In this document: in pieces, positions 8,613 to 17,590 of the stretch | How the letters are laid out: every line of letters starts with the position of its first letter | Position numbering within the stretch: position 1 is the first letter of the stretch | Assembly: GCA_041393535.1 (NCBI GenBank) | Contig: JAWKJY010000010.1 | Span: forward strand, 50,363-114,362 | Source: Thermoleophilia bacterium | GTDB lineage: Bacteria; Actinomycetota; Thermoleophilia; Gaiellales; Gaiellaceae | Direction of reading: 5' to 3' | DNA length: 64,000 bases | Program-made: the position numbers and the translations under genes | Notes under the pieces: model-generated | Told to the model about the DNA's origin: nothing | The model's input: only the letters and a program-made list of their open reading frames with translations | Databases searched by the model: none

Positions 8613-9986
8613 GTGAGGGGAACGAAGCTTGGGCGCCGCTTGCCATCCGGCTGGCGCGTCGGCGCGATCGCGGCCGTGGCTGCGGTCGCCTTCACGGTCG
8701 TCGGTCAGGCCGGTGCGGCGACGTCGCCCCGCTGCGGCGGACTCGCGCCGACCATCGTCGGCACCGACGGGAACGACGTCATCGAGGGAACCGCCGGCCG
8801 TGACGTGATCGTCGGGCTGGCCGGCAACGACAAGATCAAGGGCCTCGCCGGCAACGACGTGATCTGCGGCGGGCCGGGCAACGACGTGATCCTGGGCGGC
8901 GGCGGCAACGACTCGCTGAACGGCGAGGCCGGCAACGACCAGATCGCAGGCGGCAACGGCCGCGACCTGATCCGCGGCGAGGGCGGCGACGACATCGCGG
9001 GCGGTGGCGGCGGCGACGACACGATCGTCGGCGCCGGCGGCCGCGACCGGCTCGCCGGCGGCGCCGGCAACGACGAGATCATCGGCGGCGACGACGACGA
9101 TCGCCTCAACGGCGGCGGCGGGGACGACAAGGTCATGGGCTCCGGCGGCGACGATCAGCTGATCGGTGGCGCCGGGGACGACATCGTCCGCGGCGAGGAC
9201 GGCCGCGACGCGATCGACGGCGGCGCCGGCGACGACGAGCTCTTCGGGGGCGACGGCGACGACGTGTCGATCGTCGGCGGCGACGGCAAGGACACGATCG
9301 ACGGCGGCGCCGGCGACGACGAGCAGCTCCAGGGCGGCGCAGGCGCGGACGACGTGCGCGGCGGCGACGGGGACGACCGGCTGATCGGCGACGACGGCGA
9401 CGACACGATCGACGGCGGCGCGGGGAACGACACGCTGCAGGGCGGCGCGGGCGACGACGAGATCCTCGGCGGCGAGGGCAACGACGTCGTCAACGCCGGC
9501 CAGGGCAACAACGCGATCGACGGCGGCGACGGCGACGACAAGCTGACAGCCGGCGGCGGCGCCGACACGATCGACGGCGGCGACGGCGCGGACGCGATCA
9601 ACGCCGGCGACGGCGCCGACCGGATCGACGGCGGCGCAGGCGCGGACGTCATCAACGCGGGCGCCGGCAACGACGTCCAGGTGAACGGCGGCGCCGACGA
9701 CGACGTGATCCACGGGAACGACGGCGACGACACGATCAACCCCGGCTCCGGCGACGACCGGGCGTTCGGTGACGCCGGCAACGACTCGATCGCGGACGAG
9801 GACGGCAACGACGTCCTGGACGGCGGCGAGGGCAACGACGGGATCATCGGCGGCAACGGGGCCGACAACCTGACCGGCGGCCTCGGCGACGACAACCTGA
9901 ACGGCGGCGACGGCGTCGACAACTGCGACGGCGGCGACGGCACCGACCAGGCCGCGTTCTGCGAGAACACGCTCAACGTCCCCTAG
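8613..9986 (+). CDS. secreted calcium-binding protein made almost entirely of RTX (GGxGxDxUx) nonapeptide repeats
   Basis: About 45 consecutive nonapeptides. Signal-like AIAAVAAVAFTVVGQAGA. GTG 8613 behind GAGGGGGA is preferred over the ORF-track start at 8514. Confidence 0.85.
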   Translation: MRGTKLGRRLPSGWRVGAIAAVAAVAFTVVGQAGAATSPRCGGLAPTIVGTDGNDVIEGTAGRDVIVGLAGNDKIKGLAGNDVICGGPGNDVILGGGGNDSLNGEAGNDQIAGGNGRDLIRGEGGDDIAGGGGGDDTIVGAGGRDRLAGGAGNDEIIGGDDDDRLNGGGGDDKVMGSGGDDQLIGGAGDDIVRGEDGRDAIDGGAGDDELFGGDGDDVSIVGGDGKDTIDGGAGDDEQLQGGAGADDVRGGDGDDRLIGDDGDDTIDGGAGNDTLQGGAGDDEILGGEGNDVVNAGQGNNAIDGGDGDDKLTAGGGADTIDGGDGADAINAGDGADRIDGGAGADVINAGAGNDVQVNGGADDDVIHGNDGDDTINPGSGDDRAFGDAGNDSIADEDGNDVLDGGEGNDGIIGGNGADNLTGGLGDDNLNGGDGVDNCDGGDGTDQAAFCENTLNVP

Positions 9987-10179
9987 CGCCACGGGGACAC
10001 CCCGGGAAGCAGGGCATCGCGGGCGGCCTCCGGGCCGCCCGCGGCGTCTCTGCGCACCGGGGCCGCGTCCGGGGCCGCGCGGTCGACCCGCCCGTGGGCC
10101 GGGCACGCGGGTGCGCGCGCCCGGCCGTCGGAGCCCGTCCGTCCACGGGCCCGAGGCGCACGGCGGCGGGGCCGTCGCG

Positions 10180-12048
10180 CTACGCCTCTCCGACCTTGTG
10201 CAGCGCCGCGTAGATCGCGCGCCCCGTCCGCGGCGGGACGCCAGGCACGCCCTCGAGCTCGTCCCGCGTCGCCGCGAGCAGGCGGTCGGCGGAGCCGAAG
10301 TGCTGGATCAGCGCGCGCTTGCGTGCCGGGCCGACGCCGGGCAGCGCGTCGAGGATCGACTCCCGGGCGCGTGCGTCCCGGCGCTGGCGGTGGAACCCGA
10401 GCGCGAAGCGGTGGGCTTCGTCCCGGATCCGCTGCAGGAGCTGGAGGCCGGCCGAGCGCCGGTCGAGCCGGATCGGCTCGGGTCGCCCCGGAACGAAGAC
10501 CTCCTCCTCCCGCTTCGCGAGCGAGACGACCGCGACGCGCGGCAGGTCGAGCCGCCGGATCGCCTCGAGCGCCGCGGCGAGCTGTCCCTTGCCCCCGTCG
10601 ATGACCACGAGGTTCGGGAGGGACGCGAAGCTCTCGTCGAGGTCGGCGACCGTCCCCTCGCCGAGCCGCGCGAACCGCCGGCCGACGACCTCCGCCATCA
10701 TCGCGAAGTCGTCCTGCCCCTCGACGCCCTTGACGCCGAACGTCCGGTAGTGCGCCTTCCGCGGCAGCGCGTCCTCGAACACCACCATCGAGCCGACGGG
10801 CGACTCGCCCTGGGTGGTCGAGATGTCGTAGCACTCGATCCTGATCGGCAGGCTCTCGAGGTTCAGGGCCTCGCGGAGCTCCTCGAGCGCCTCGACGCGA
10901 CGCGTCCGCCGGCGCTCCGTGCGGAGCGCGTCGTTCGTCAGCGCGAGCTGTGCGTTGCGCTCGGCCAGCTCCTGGAGCCGCCGCTTCTCGCCGCGCTGCG
11001 CCGGGCGCACCTCGACCCCCGCCCCCCGCAGCTCGGTCAGGAACTGCGCGAGCGCGGCCACGTCGCCGACGTCGCACGGCTCGACCACGAGGGGCGGCAC
11101 GCTCGGCGCGGCGCCGTAGTGCTCGAGGCAGAACGCCTCGAGCACGGTCGCGCGATCCTGGCCCGAGACGTTCTCGAGCGTGAACCCGTGGCGGTCGACC
11201 AGCTTGCCGTCGCGCAGGACGAAGACCTGCACGGCCGCGACGTCGTCCTGGATCGCGAGCCCGATCACGTCCGCCGAGCCGATGTCGCGACGGTCGGAGC
11301 TCTGGCGCTCGACCAGGTGCTGGACGGCGAAGAGGCGGTTGCGCTGCCGCGCCGCGTCCTCGAAGTCCTGGCGCCCGGCGGCCTCCCGCATGCGGGCCTC
11401 GAGCGTCCGCTGGATCGGCTCGACGTCGCCGGACAGGAACTCGACGACCCCGTCGATCACGGTGGCGTACTCGTCCCGCGAGACCTTCCCGACGCAGGGC
11501 GCGAGGCAGCGCTCGATGTGGAAGTCGAGGCACGGGACGCCCGAGTGCCGTCCGGGCCGCGGGCCCTCGCACGGGCGGTAGGGGAAGACCCGGTTGAGCA
11601 CGTCGAGCGTCTCGCGCACCTTCTTCGCGTTCGCGTACGGCCCGAAGTAGAGGACGCCGCGCCGGTGCCGCTCCCGCGTGAACATGACGCGCGGGTACTC
11701 GTCCTCGACCGTGACCGCGATGTACGGGTACGACTTGTCGTCGCGGAGCCGGACGTTGAACGGCGGCCGGTGGCGCCGGATCAGGTTCTGCTCGAGGTGC
11801 AGGGCCTCGGCCTCCGTGCGCGTGACGATCAGCTCGATCCGGTCGACCCGCTCGAGCATCCGCTCGAGCCCCTGGCGCGAGTCGCCACCGCGGAAGTACG
11901 TCCGCACCCGGGAGCGCAGCGACTTCGCCTTGCCGACGTACAGCACCACGCCGTCCCCGTCGTGGAACAGGTAGACGCCGGGCTCGGCGGGCAGCGCGGC
12001 GAGCTGCCGCTCGACGCGTTCGCGACGGGTCTCGGGCGGCGCGCTCAT
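10180..12048 (-). CDS. uvrC: excinuclease ABC subunit C
   Basis: GIY-YIG N-terminus (GVYLFHD...VLYVGKAKSLRSRV). 622 aa. C-terminal HhH region. Confidence 0.95.
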   Translation of the reverse strand: MSAPPETRRERVERQLAALPAEPGVYLFHDGDGVVLYVGKAKSLRSRVRTYFRGGDSRQGLERMLERVDRIELIVTRTEAEALHLEQNLIRRHRPPFNVRLRDDKSYPYIAVTVEDEYPRVMFTRERHRRGVLYFGPYANAKKVRETLDVLNRVFPYRPCEGPRPGRHSGVPCLDFHIERCLAPCVGKVSRDEYATVIDGVVEFLSGDVEPIQRTLEARMREAAGRQDFEDAARQRNRLFAVQHLVERQSSDRRDIGSADVIGLAIQDDVAAVQVFVLRDGKLVDRHGFTLENVSGQDRATVLEAFCLEHYGAAPSVPPLVVEPCDVGDVAALAQFLTELRGAGVEVRPAQRGEKRRLQELAERNAQLALTNDALRTERRRTRRVEALEELREALNLESLPIRIECYDISTTQGESPVGSMVVFEDALPRKAHYRTFGVKGVEGQDDFAMMAEVVGRRFARLGEGTVADLDESFASLPNLVVIDGGKGQLAAALEAIRRLDLPRVAVVSLAKREEEVFVPGRPEPIRLDRRSAGLQLLQRIRDEAHRFALGFHRQRRDARARESILDALPGVGPARKRALIQHFGSADRLLAATRDELEGVPGVPPRTGRAIYAALHKVGEA

Positions 12049-12234
12049 CGTGTCCCAGGGTACCCCCGGGGCCTACCGCCCCCGCCCTGCCTGCGTCGTC
12101 ACGCGGGTGCGGTCGCACATCGTCCGGCCGTGTCCTCCGATTCGATCGCACCACCTCCTCGGCGTCGTCCTCGGGTCCCCGCGCGACGCGCCCGCCGGCC
12201 CGCTCGGCGGGCGCGTGCGCGAGGTGTCCCAACC

Positions 12235-12286
12235 GTACGCGGCAACCCGTCACGCGTGGGTGACGGGACCGTGCCGGAACCGTCAC
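12235..12286 (-). repeat. palindrome-containing conserved motif, copy 2 (uvrC / hemQ-like divergent gap)
   Basis: The reverse complement reads GTGACGGTTCCGGCACGGTCCCGTCACCCACGCGTGACGGGTTGCCGCGTAC. It differs from copy 1 at only about 3 positions in the 45-nt core. Confidence 0.45.
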
Positions 12287-12298
12287 ATCGGGGCTACG

Positions 12299-13028
12299 AT
12301 GAGGCCCATGAGCGACAACGCGCCGAACCCCGGGATGCAGATCGTCCAGTACGTCCAGTACGCCCTCTTCCGCGTCGCGCCCGAGTGGCGCCGCCTCCCC
12401 GCGGAGGAGCGCACCGCGCACAAGGAGGAGGCCGCCGAGCTGCTCGAGGCCTGGTCGGAGCGGCTCGCGCTCCTGCCGTACTCGCTCGTCGGCACGCGAC
12501 GCGACGCCGACCTGATGCTCTGGCTGCTGACCGACCGGTTCGACGACTTCCGCGAGCTGCAGGCCGCCCCTGGGGACGGGCCTCGGCGCCTACCTGGGCG
12601 GGCTACTCGTACCTCGGCGGCACGAAGCCCTCGAAGTACTTCGATCGCGACCCGAAGCGCCCGCCCCGGCGCGTCGTGCCCCGTCGCGGCCCGTACCTCG
12701 TCGTCTACCCGATGGTGAAGATCCGCCCCTGGTACGCCCTCCCCATGGAGGAGCGCGTGCGGGCGATGCGCGAGCACGCCGAGGTCGGCCAGCGCTGGCC
12801 GACCGTCACGAACCACACGACGTACTCGTTCGGGATCGACGACCAGGAGTTCATGCCGGCGTTCGAGTGAGACGCCAGCGGACTTCCTCGAGCTGATGAT
12901 GGCGCTGCGCGAGACGGAGGCGAGCAAGTACACGCTGACGGACACGCCGATGCTGTCGGCTCGCTCCTGCCGTCCGCCAGGTCCTCGACGAGCTCGACGG
13001 CGTCGACGCCGTGCAGGCCGGGGCGTAG
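12299..13028 (+). pseudogene. HemQ/ChdC (chlorite-dismutase-family coproheme decarboxylase)-like gene interrupted by about four +1 frame changes
   Basis: Family-typical segments lie in successive frames. The run is MRPMSDN...YSLVGTRRDADLMLW...FRELQAA | LGTGLGAYL | AGYSYLGGTKPSKY...YLVVYPMVKIRPWYALPMEER...TYSFGIDDQEFMPAFE(stop) | ETPADFLELMMALRETEASKYTLTDTPMLS | VRQVLDELDGVDAVQAGA(stop). Total length is 730 nt, not a multiple of 3. Confidence 0.7.
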
Positions 13029-13334
13029 GCCCCGGGCGCCCGGGCCGGGCGCCATCCCGGCCAGGCGAGCGCGGACGCGAGCCGCCCCGGCGCAGCACCC
13101 GGCCGCCGATCCGACCTACACCGTCCTGGAGGGACATGTCCCTCGGCGGGACTCCCGCCCTTGGGTGGAAGTCCAACGTGCCGCCGGCAACGAGCCTACC
13201 GCCGAAAGGCGCGCGTGTCCGTCACGGGATCGTGCCTTCCCGGTGACGATCGATCCACTCCGGGATGCGGCGAGCGCGCGACGTCGACGTGGCGCGGCCC
13301 GGCTCCCACGCCGGCCCCGGGCAGCCGGCGACGG

Positions 13335-13703
13335 TCAGGAGTACGTGTGCTCGTCGCGCCAGACGCGCCAGATGGCGAAGCCGCAGGCGACGAGCACGAG
13401 CACGAACACGAGCGTCTCGGCGGCGCCGGACGGGTAGTCCGTGCCGAAGCCGAGGGCGAAGTTCACCACCGCGAGCAGGACGGCGCCGTAGAGGACGCCC
13501 TGCGAGCGCGCCGGCCAGGTGGAGATCTCCTCGCGCCGCTCCCGCCAGAGCCGGTAGAGGAAGTACGCGATCGCGACGAAGAAGACGATCCGGACGAGGA
13601 AGAACAGCGCCGTCAGCGTCGGCTCGAGCGAGAGCCCGGTGATCAGGCCGGCGATCGCGAGGATGATCGCGAAGCCGCGGACGGTCGGGTTGATCCGGCT
13701 CAC
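13335..13703 (-). CDS. small integral membrane protein (about 3-4 TM)
   Basis: GTG 13703 makes a GTGA overlap with the upstream stop. Hydrophobic helices (FAIILAIAGLITGL, FFLVRIVFFVAIAYFLY, VLYGAVLLAVVNFAL, LVFVLVLVACGFAIW). Confidence 0.55.
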   Translation of the reverse strand: MSRINPTVRGFAIILAIAGLITGLSLEPTLTALFFLVRIVFFVAIAYFLYRLWRERREEISTWPARSQGVLYGAVLLAVVNFALGFGTDYPSGAAETLVFVLVLVACGFAIWRVWRDEHTYS

Positions 13704-14131
13704 TCGCCCGTCATGTACCCGCGCGCGCCGAGCAGCGCCGCGATCAGGCTCGCGCCGGTGAACCACAGCAGGCGCCGCCGCGGATCCGGCGGTGCGTAGA
13801 GCCAGGGCGAGAGGACGGCAGCGAGGCCGACGCCGCCGTACAGGTAGTGCAGCTTGTCGATCGCGCGATGTCCGCCCGAGAGCAGGAGCAGCCCGATCGC
13901 GGCCTGCGCGACCAGCGCGATCTGGGCGCCGGCCAGGAGGTGGAGGTACCACCACTTCGGCTCGATCCGGCGCTGGAGGAAGATCGCGCCCACGACCGCG
14001 GCGGCGGCGTTCACGGCGATGACGATCACGCCGACGACGCTGTGCAGCCCGACCACGACCGGCAGGGTAGCAGCCGCCTCCGGGACCCCCTCCCCGCCCC
14101 CGGCGCACGTTAGGATCCGCCCCGTGGTCAC
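13700..14131 (-). CDS. integral membrane protein, unknown function
   Basis: 143-aa ORF with 4 hydrophobic helices, coupled to the downstream membrane ORF. The start is uncertain because 14131 overlaps the divergent bcp start by 8 nt. Confidence 0.5.
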   Translation of the reverse strand: MTTGRILTCAGGGEGVPEAAATLPVVVGLHSVVGVIVIAVNAAAAVVGAIFLQRRIEPKWWYLHLLAGAQIALVAQAAIGLLLLSGGHRAIDKLHYLYGGVGLAAVLSPWLYAPPDPRRRLLWFTGASLIAALLGARGYMTGE

Positions 14132-14582
14132 CGAGGGGCAGCCGGCACCGGAGTTCGAGCTGGGGACGGACGACGGCGGGACGATCCGGCTCGCCGATCT
14201 CCGCGGCCGCAGCGTCGTCCTCTTCTTCTACCCCCGCGACGACACGCCCGGCTGCACGCGGGAGGCCTGCGGCTTCCGGGACGCCTTCGCCGAGTTCGAG
14301 CGTCGCGGCGCGGCGCTCCTCGGCGTCAGCCCGGACGACGAGGCGTCCCACGCGCGCTTCCGCGCGAAGCACGGCCTGCCCTTCCCGCTGCTCGCCGACC
14401 CCGGCGGCGCGGTCGCGCAGGCGTACGGGGTGTGGCGCGAGAAGCGGATGTACGGCAAGACGTTCCACGGCGTCCACCGCTCGACGTTCGTGATCGGCCC
14501 CGACGGGCTCGTCCGCCGGGCGCTCGTCGGGGTCAAGCCCGACGGGCACGCCGACCAGGTCCTGGCGGCGCTCGACGCCTGA
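14124..14582 (+). CDS. bcp: thioredoxin-dependent thiol peroxidase (Bcp-type peroxiredoxin)
   Basis: Start moved to GTG 14124. FFYPRDDTPGCTREACGFRD peroxidatic-Cys motif. 152 aa. Confidence 0.85.
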   Translation: MVTEGQPAPEFELGTDDGGTIRLADLRGRSVVLFFYPRDDTPGCTREACGFRDAFAEFERRGAALLGVSPDDEASHARFRAKHGLPFPLLADPGGAVAQAYGVWREKRMYGKTFHGVHRSTFVIGPDGLVRRALVGVKPDGHADQVLAALDA

Positions 14583-14595
14583 CGAAGGAGGCCCG

Positions 14596-14973
14596 ATGGC
14601 ATACGTGGTGCTGACCCCCGACGTCCAGACCTTCGCGCGCCCCAGCTGGCGGCCGGAGGAGGACGAGCGCGAGATCGTCGAGCTGCCGCTCCACGCGGCG
14701 ATGCAGCACTCGCGCGGCCACCTCTGGCGCTACCCGCCGGGCGTCAAGGGCCGCCGCCACCGGCAGACCGTGCAGGAGGAGGTCTTCGTCGTGCTCGAGG
14801 GCACGCTGACGATGGTCCTGGGCGAGGAGGCCGAGCGCGTGGAGCTGCCTCCGCGGAGCATCGTGTTCGTCGAGCCGATGACCCCCGTGCACGTGCTGAA
14901 CGAGTCCGACGCGGACGTGCTCTTCTTCGCCTACGGGGCGCCCGCCGATCGCGGCGCCGAGATCCTCGAGTAG
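14596..14973 (+). CDS. cupin-domain protein
   Basis: 125 aa, small beta-barrel-like sequence (HRQTVQEEVFVVLEGTLTMVLGEE...VEPMTPVHVLNES). Confidence 0.6.
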   Translation: MAYVVLTPDVQTFARPSWRPEEDEREIVELPLHAAMQHSRGHLWRYPPGVKGRRHRQTVQEEVFVVLEGTLTMVLGEEAERVELPPRSIVFVEPMTPVHVLNESDADVLFFAYGAPADRGAEILE

Positions 14974-14979
14974 CGCGCC

Positions 14980-16104
14980 GTGCTCGTCGAGCGCATCGAC
15001 CTCTACCACGTGGCGATGCCGCTCCTCTACCCGTGGCGCACGGCGTCGCACGAGGAGTGGGCGATCCACAGCGTCCTGGTCCGCCTCGAGTCGGGCGGCG
15101 CCGTCGGGTGGGGCGAGACGACGCCGTTCGCCGATCCGACCTTCAGCCCCGAGTGGGCGAGCGGCGCGCTCGCCGTCCTGCGCGACTGGCTGGGGCCAGC
15201 CGTGCTCGGGCAGGCGGTGGACTCGGGCGAGGCCCTCCAGGCGCTCCTGCGCCCGTTCAAGGGGAACCCGTTCGCGAAGGCCGGGCTCGACCTCGCCTGG
15301 TGGGACCTGCAGGGCAAGCTGACGGGGACGCCGCTGCACGAGCTCGTCGGAGGCGGACGCGACCGGATCGAGGTCGGCGCCGACTTCGGCGTCCAGGACA
15401 GCCTCGACGACCTCGTCCGCCTGGTCGGGGCCGCCGTCGACGAGGGGTTCCGCCGCGTCAAGCTGAAGTTCCGCCCGGGCTGGGACCTCGAGATGGTCCG
15501 GGCGGTGCGCTCGACCTTCCCCGAGCTCGCCTGCCACGTCGACTGCAACTCCGGGTACACGCTCGCCGACCTCGACCTGTTCCAGCAGGTCGACCGGCTC
15601 GGCCTCGTGATGATCGAGCAGCCGCTCGCGCACGACGACCTCGTCGACCACGCCGCGCTCGCCCGGGCGCTCGAGACGCCGATCTGCCTGGACGAGACGA
15701 TCGTGTCCGACGACCGCGCCCGCTGGGCGATCGAGCTCGGGTCCTGCGGCTGGATCAACCTGAAGCACGGGCGGCTTGGCGGGCTGACCGTGGCCCGTCG
15801 GGTGCACGACCGGTGCCGCGAGGCCGGGATTCGCTGCTGGGTCGGCTCGATGCTCGAGAGCGCGGTCGGATCGGCGTTCTCCGTCGCGCTCGCGACCCTC
15901 GACAACGTCCACTACCCCGCGGACGTCTTCCCGACCGACCGCCACTACGCGCAGGATCTCGCCGCGCCCGAGGTCGCGTTCGAGCGAGGCCCCCACGGAG
16001 GGCGGTTCGCGCTCGCCGACCCGGCGCCGGGCATCGCGCCCGCGCCGGACGAGGAGCGCCTGGAGGCGCAGGCCGTCGAGCGCGCCTCGCTCGCGGCCGC
16101 GTAG
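14980..16104 (+). CDS. enolase-superfamily enzyme, o-succinylbenzoate synthase / N-acylamino-acid racemase type
   Basis: GTG start. KLKF..., metal ligands in HVDCNSGY / MIEQPLAHDD / CLDE, INLKHGRLGG, MLESAVG. Confidence 0.85.
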   Translation: MLVERIDLYHVAMPLLYPWRTASHEEWAIHSVLVRLESGGAVGWGETTPFADPTFSPEWASGALAVLRDWLGPAVLGQAVDSGEALQALLRPFKGNPFAKAGLDLAWWDLQGKLTGTPLHELVGGGRDRIEVGADFGVQDSLDDLVRLVGAAVDEGFRRVKLKFRPGWDLEMVRAVRSTFPELACHVDCNSGYTLADLDLFQQVDRLGLVMIEQPLAHDDLVDHAALARALETPICLDETIVSDDRARWAIELGSCGWINLKHGRLGGLTVARRVHDRCREAGIRCWVGSMLESAVGSAFSVALATLDNVHYPADVFPTDRHYAQDLAAPEVAFERGPHGGRFALADPAPGIAPAPDEERLEAQAVERASLAAA

Positions 16105-16150
16105 CCCCGCCCGGGGAAGCGCACCCGGGCGAGGCGGTCAGGGCGGGTCG

Positions 16151-17146
16151 CTAGGCGGTGCGGACGGAGCCGACGAACCGCCGGCCGAACGCGCCCGTCG
16201 CGCCAACGGCCATGACGGCCGCGCCCGCGACGATGAAGAGCCCGTGCGCGGCGATCGCGAAGGAGACCGCGTGCGAGAGCTGCACGCCGCTCGCGACGAG
16301 GATCGCGGCGCCGGCGCCCGCCTGGGTCGCGGCGCCGCCGACCGGCGAGATCGGCAGTGCGCTCGACGCCGCCGTCGCGCAGAGGAACGCGAGGGCGAGC
16401 GGGAACGAGAGCGAGACGCCGAGGGCGGCGAGCAGGAAGAACAGCCCGACCGCGCGCACCGTCCAGGAGGCGAGGACGAAGAGCGTGGCCTTGCCCGCCT
16501 CGCGGTTGCTGGTCACCTGGGTCGACAGCCACCGCGTCAGCCGGAAGCGGAGCAGCCTGCCGGACACGACCATGCGGGGCAGGAACGCCACGAGGATGCC
16601 AGCGCCGAGGCCGCCCGCGGCGATGACGCCGAGCGCGGCGCGGACCTGGTCGGAGCTGTCGGAGGTCGCTGCGGCGAAGGCCGACAGCGGCATCAGGGCA
16701 GCCGCGTCGATCAGGCCGAGCATGAAGAGCGACAGCGCGAGGGTCGGGATCGGGACGCCGCCGCACGGGAAGCGGCGGACGACCGCGACGCGCACGACGT
16801 CGTCGAAGCGCCCGGGGAGCGCGGCGCCCGTGACGGACGCGGCGCCGCCGGCGGCGGCGAGCGCGAGGGGCGTCGGGCGCTCGGACGGGCGGAAGAGGCG
16901 CTGCCAGCCGTAGGCCTTGAACGCGTAGGCGAGGACGAAGAACCCGCCGGCGATCCCGACGAGCTTCGGGTTGGCGTCGCGGAGCGGCCAGCCGGTGCTG
17001 GCGAAGTGGCGAACGGTGAGCCCCAGGACGATCAGGCCGAAGACGGCGGACGCGCCGCCGATCAGCCTGCGACCGCGCGGGGTCCGTGCGAAGGCGAGGA
17101 ACGAGGAGAGACGCTGCTGCATGATTCCAGTGTCGGCGCTGGCCAC
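16151..17146 (-). CDS. UPF0104/LPG-synthase-TM-like (flippase-like) membrane protein
   Basis: 331 aa, about 8 TM helices, Gly/Ala-rich. An alternative start is MQQRLSS at 17122. Confidence 0.65.
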   Translation of the reverse strand: MASADTGIMQQRLSSFLAFARTPRGRRLIGGASAVFGLIVLGLTVRHFASTGWPLRDANPKLVGIAGGFFVLAYAFKAYGWQRLFRPSERPTPLALAAAGGAASVTGAALPGRFDDVVRVAVVRRFPCGGVPIPTLALSLFMLGLIDAAALMPLSAFAAATSDSSDQVRAALGVIAAGGLGAGILVAFLPRMVVSGRLLRFRLTRWLSTQVTSNREAGKATLFVLASWTVRAVGLFFLLAALGVSLSFPLALAFLCATAASSALPISPVGGAATQAGAGAAILVASGVQLSHAVSFAIAAHGLFIVAGAAVMAVGATGAFGRRFVGSVRTA

Positions 17147-17393
17147 GCCCGACCCGTTCCCTTGAACGGGGAGACGTGACTGGACGAATCGGGTGAGCGG
17201 GGCTACCGCCCGGTCGCTGGCCTTGGCCGTCGGAGCCCGAGCCGCCGGACGCGTGCGACCGCGCGGCCCACTGGCGCGCCCAGGGCGACGCGGCCGGAGC
17301 GGCCGGAACGGAGCGGCGCGCGACCGACGACGAGGCGACGGGGCCCGACGGTGAGCCGGGCGGCTCGGCGCGTCAGCCGAGCCGGGTTCTCAG

Positions 17394-17477
17394 TGCGGAT
17401 GAGAGGACTTGAACCTCCACGGGGTCACCCCCACACGGACCTGAACCGTGCGCGTCTACCAATTCCGCCACATCCGC
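17394..17477 (-). tRNA. tRNA-Leu (anticodon CAG), long variable arm, CCA not encoded
   Basis: The reverse complement reads GCGGATGTGGCGGAATTGGTAGACGCGCACGGTTCAGGTCCGTGTGGGGGTGACCCCGTGGAGGTTCAAGTCCTCTCATCCGCA. Acceptor GCGGATG/CATCCGC, anticodon loop TTCAGGT, T-loop GGTTCAAGTCC. Confidence 0.9.
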
Positions 17478-17590
17478 GTGGATCGGTGCGCTCGATGATA
17501 CCCGCACTCACCGGCGTGCCGCGCCGGTGCCTCGGCCGTCCGCCGGGCGGCGCGACGGGCCCCGGGAGGCCATCGTCTAGCATCGCCGGG

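Noticed and set aside
8760-9960. A long, regularly spaced DNA repeat that could be mistaken for a CRISPR or tandem-repeat array.
   Set aside because: The periodicity is 27 nt, in frame, and encodes the RTX nonapeptides of a single ORF. There are no unique spacers.
13160-13255. GGTGGAAGTCCAACGTGCCGCCGGCAACGAG resembles the GGTG-GAA-TCC...CCGC..AC core of cobalamin riboswitches, which was tempting given the B12-binding chemoreceptor.
   Set aside because: No B12 box (GCCACTG-type) or the remaining conserved helices are present in that orientation. The region lies between two convergent gene ends, so it has no gene to regulate. Only a local hairpin (GTCACGGGA...TCCCGGTGAC) is clear.
14124-14131. 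An 8-nt overlap of the divergent starts of bcp and the 143-aa membrane ORF, as a possible shared regulatory feature.
   Set aside because: The ORF-track start at 14131 is most likely too far upstream. An internal start for the membrane protein removes the overlap.
17394-17590. tRNA-Leu as a possible integration site for a mobile element.
   Set aside because: No integrase, recombinase or direct repeat of the tRNA 3' end was seen on either side. The neighbouring genes look chromosomal.
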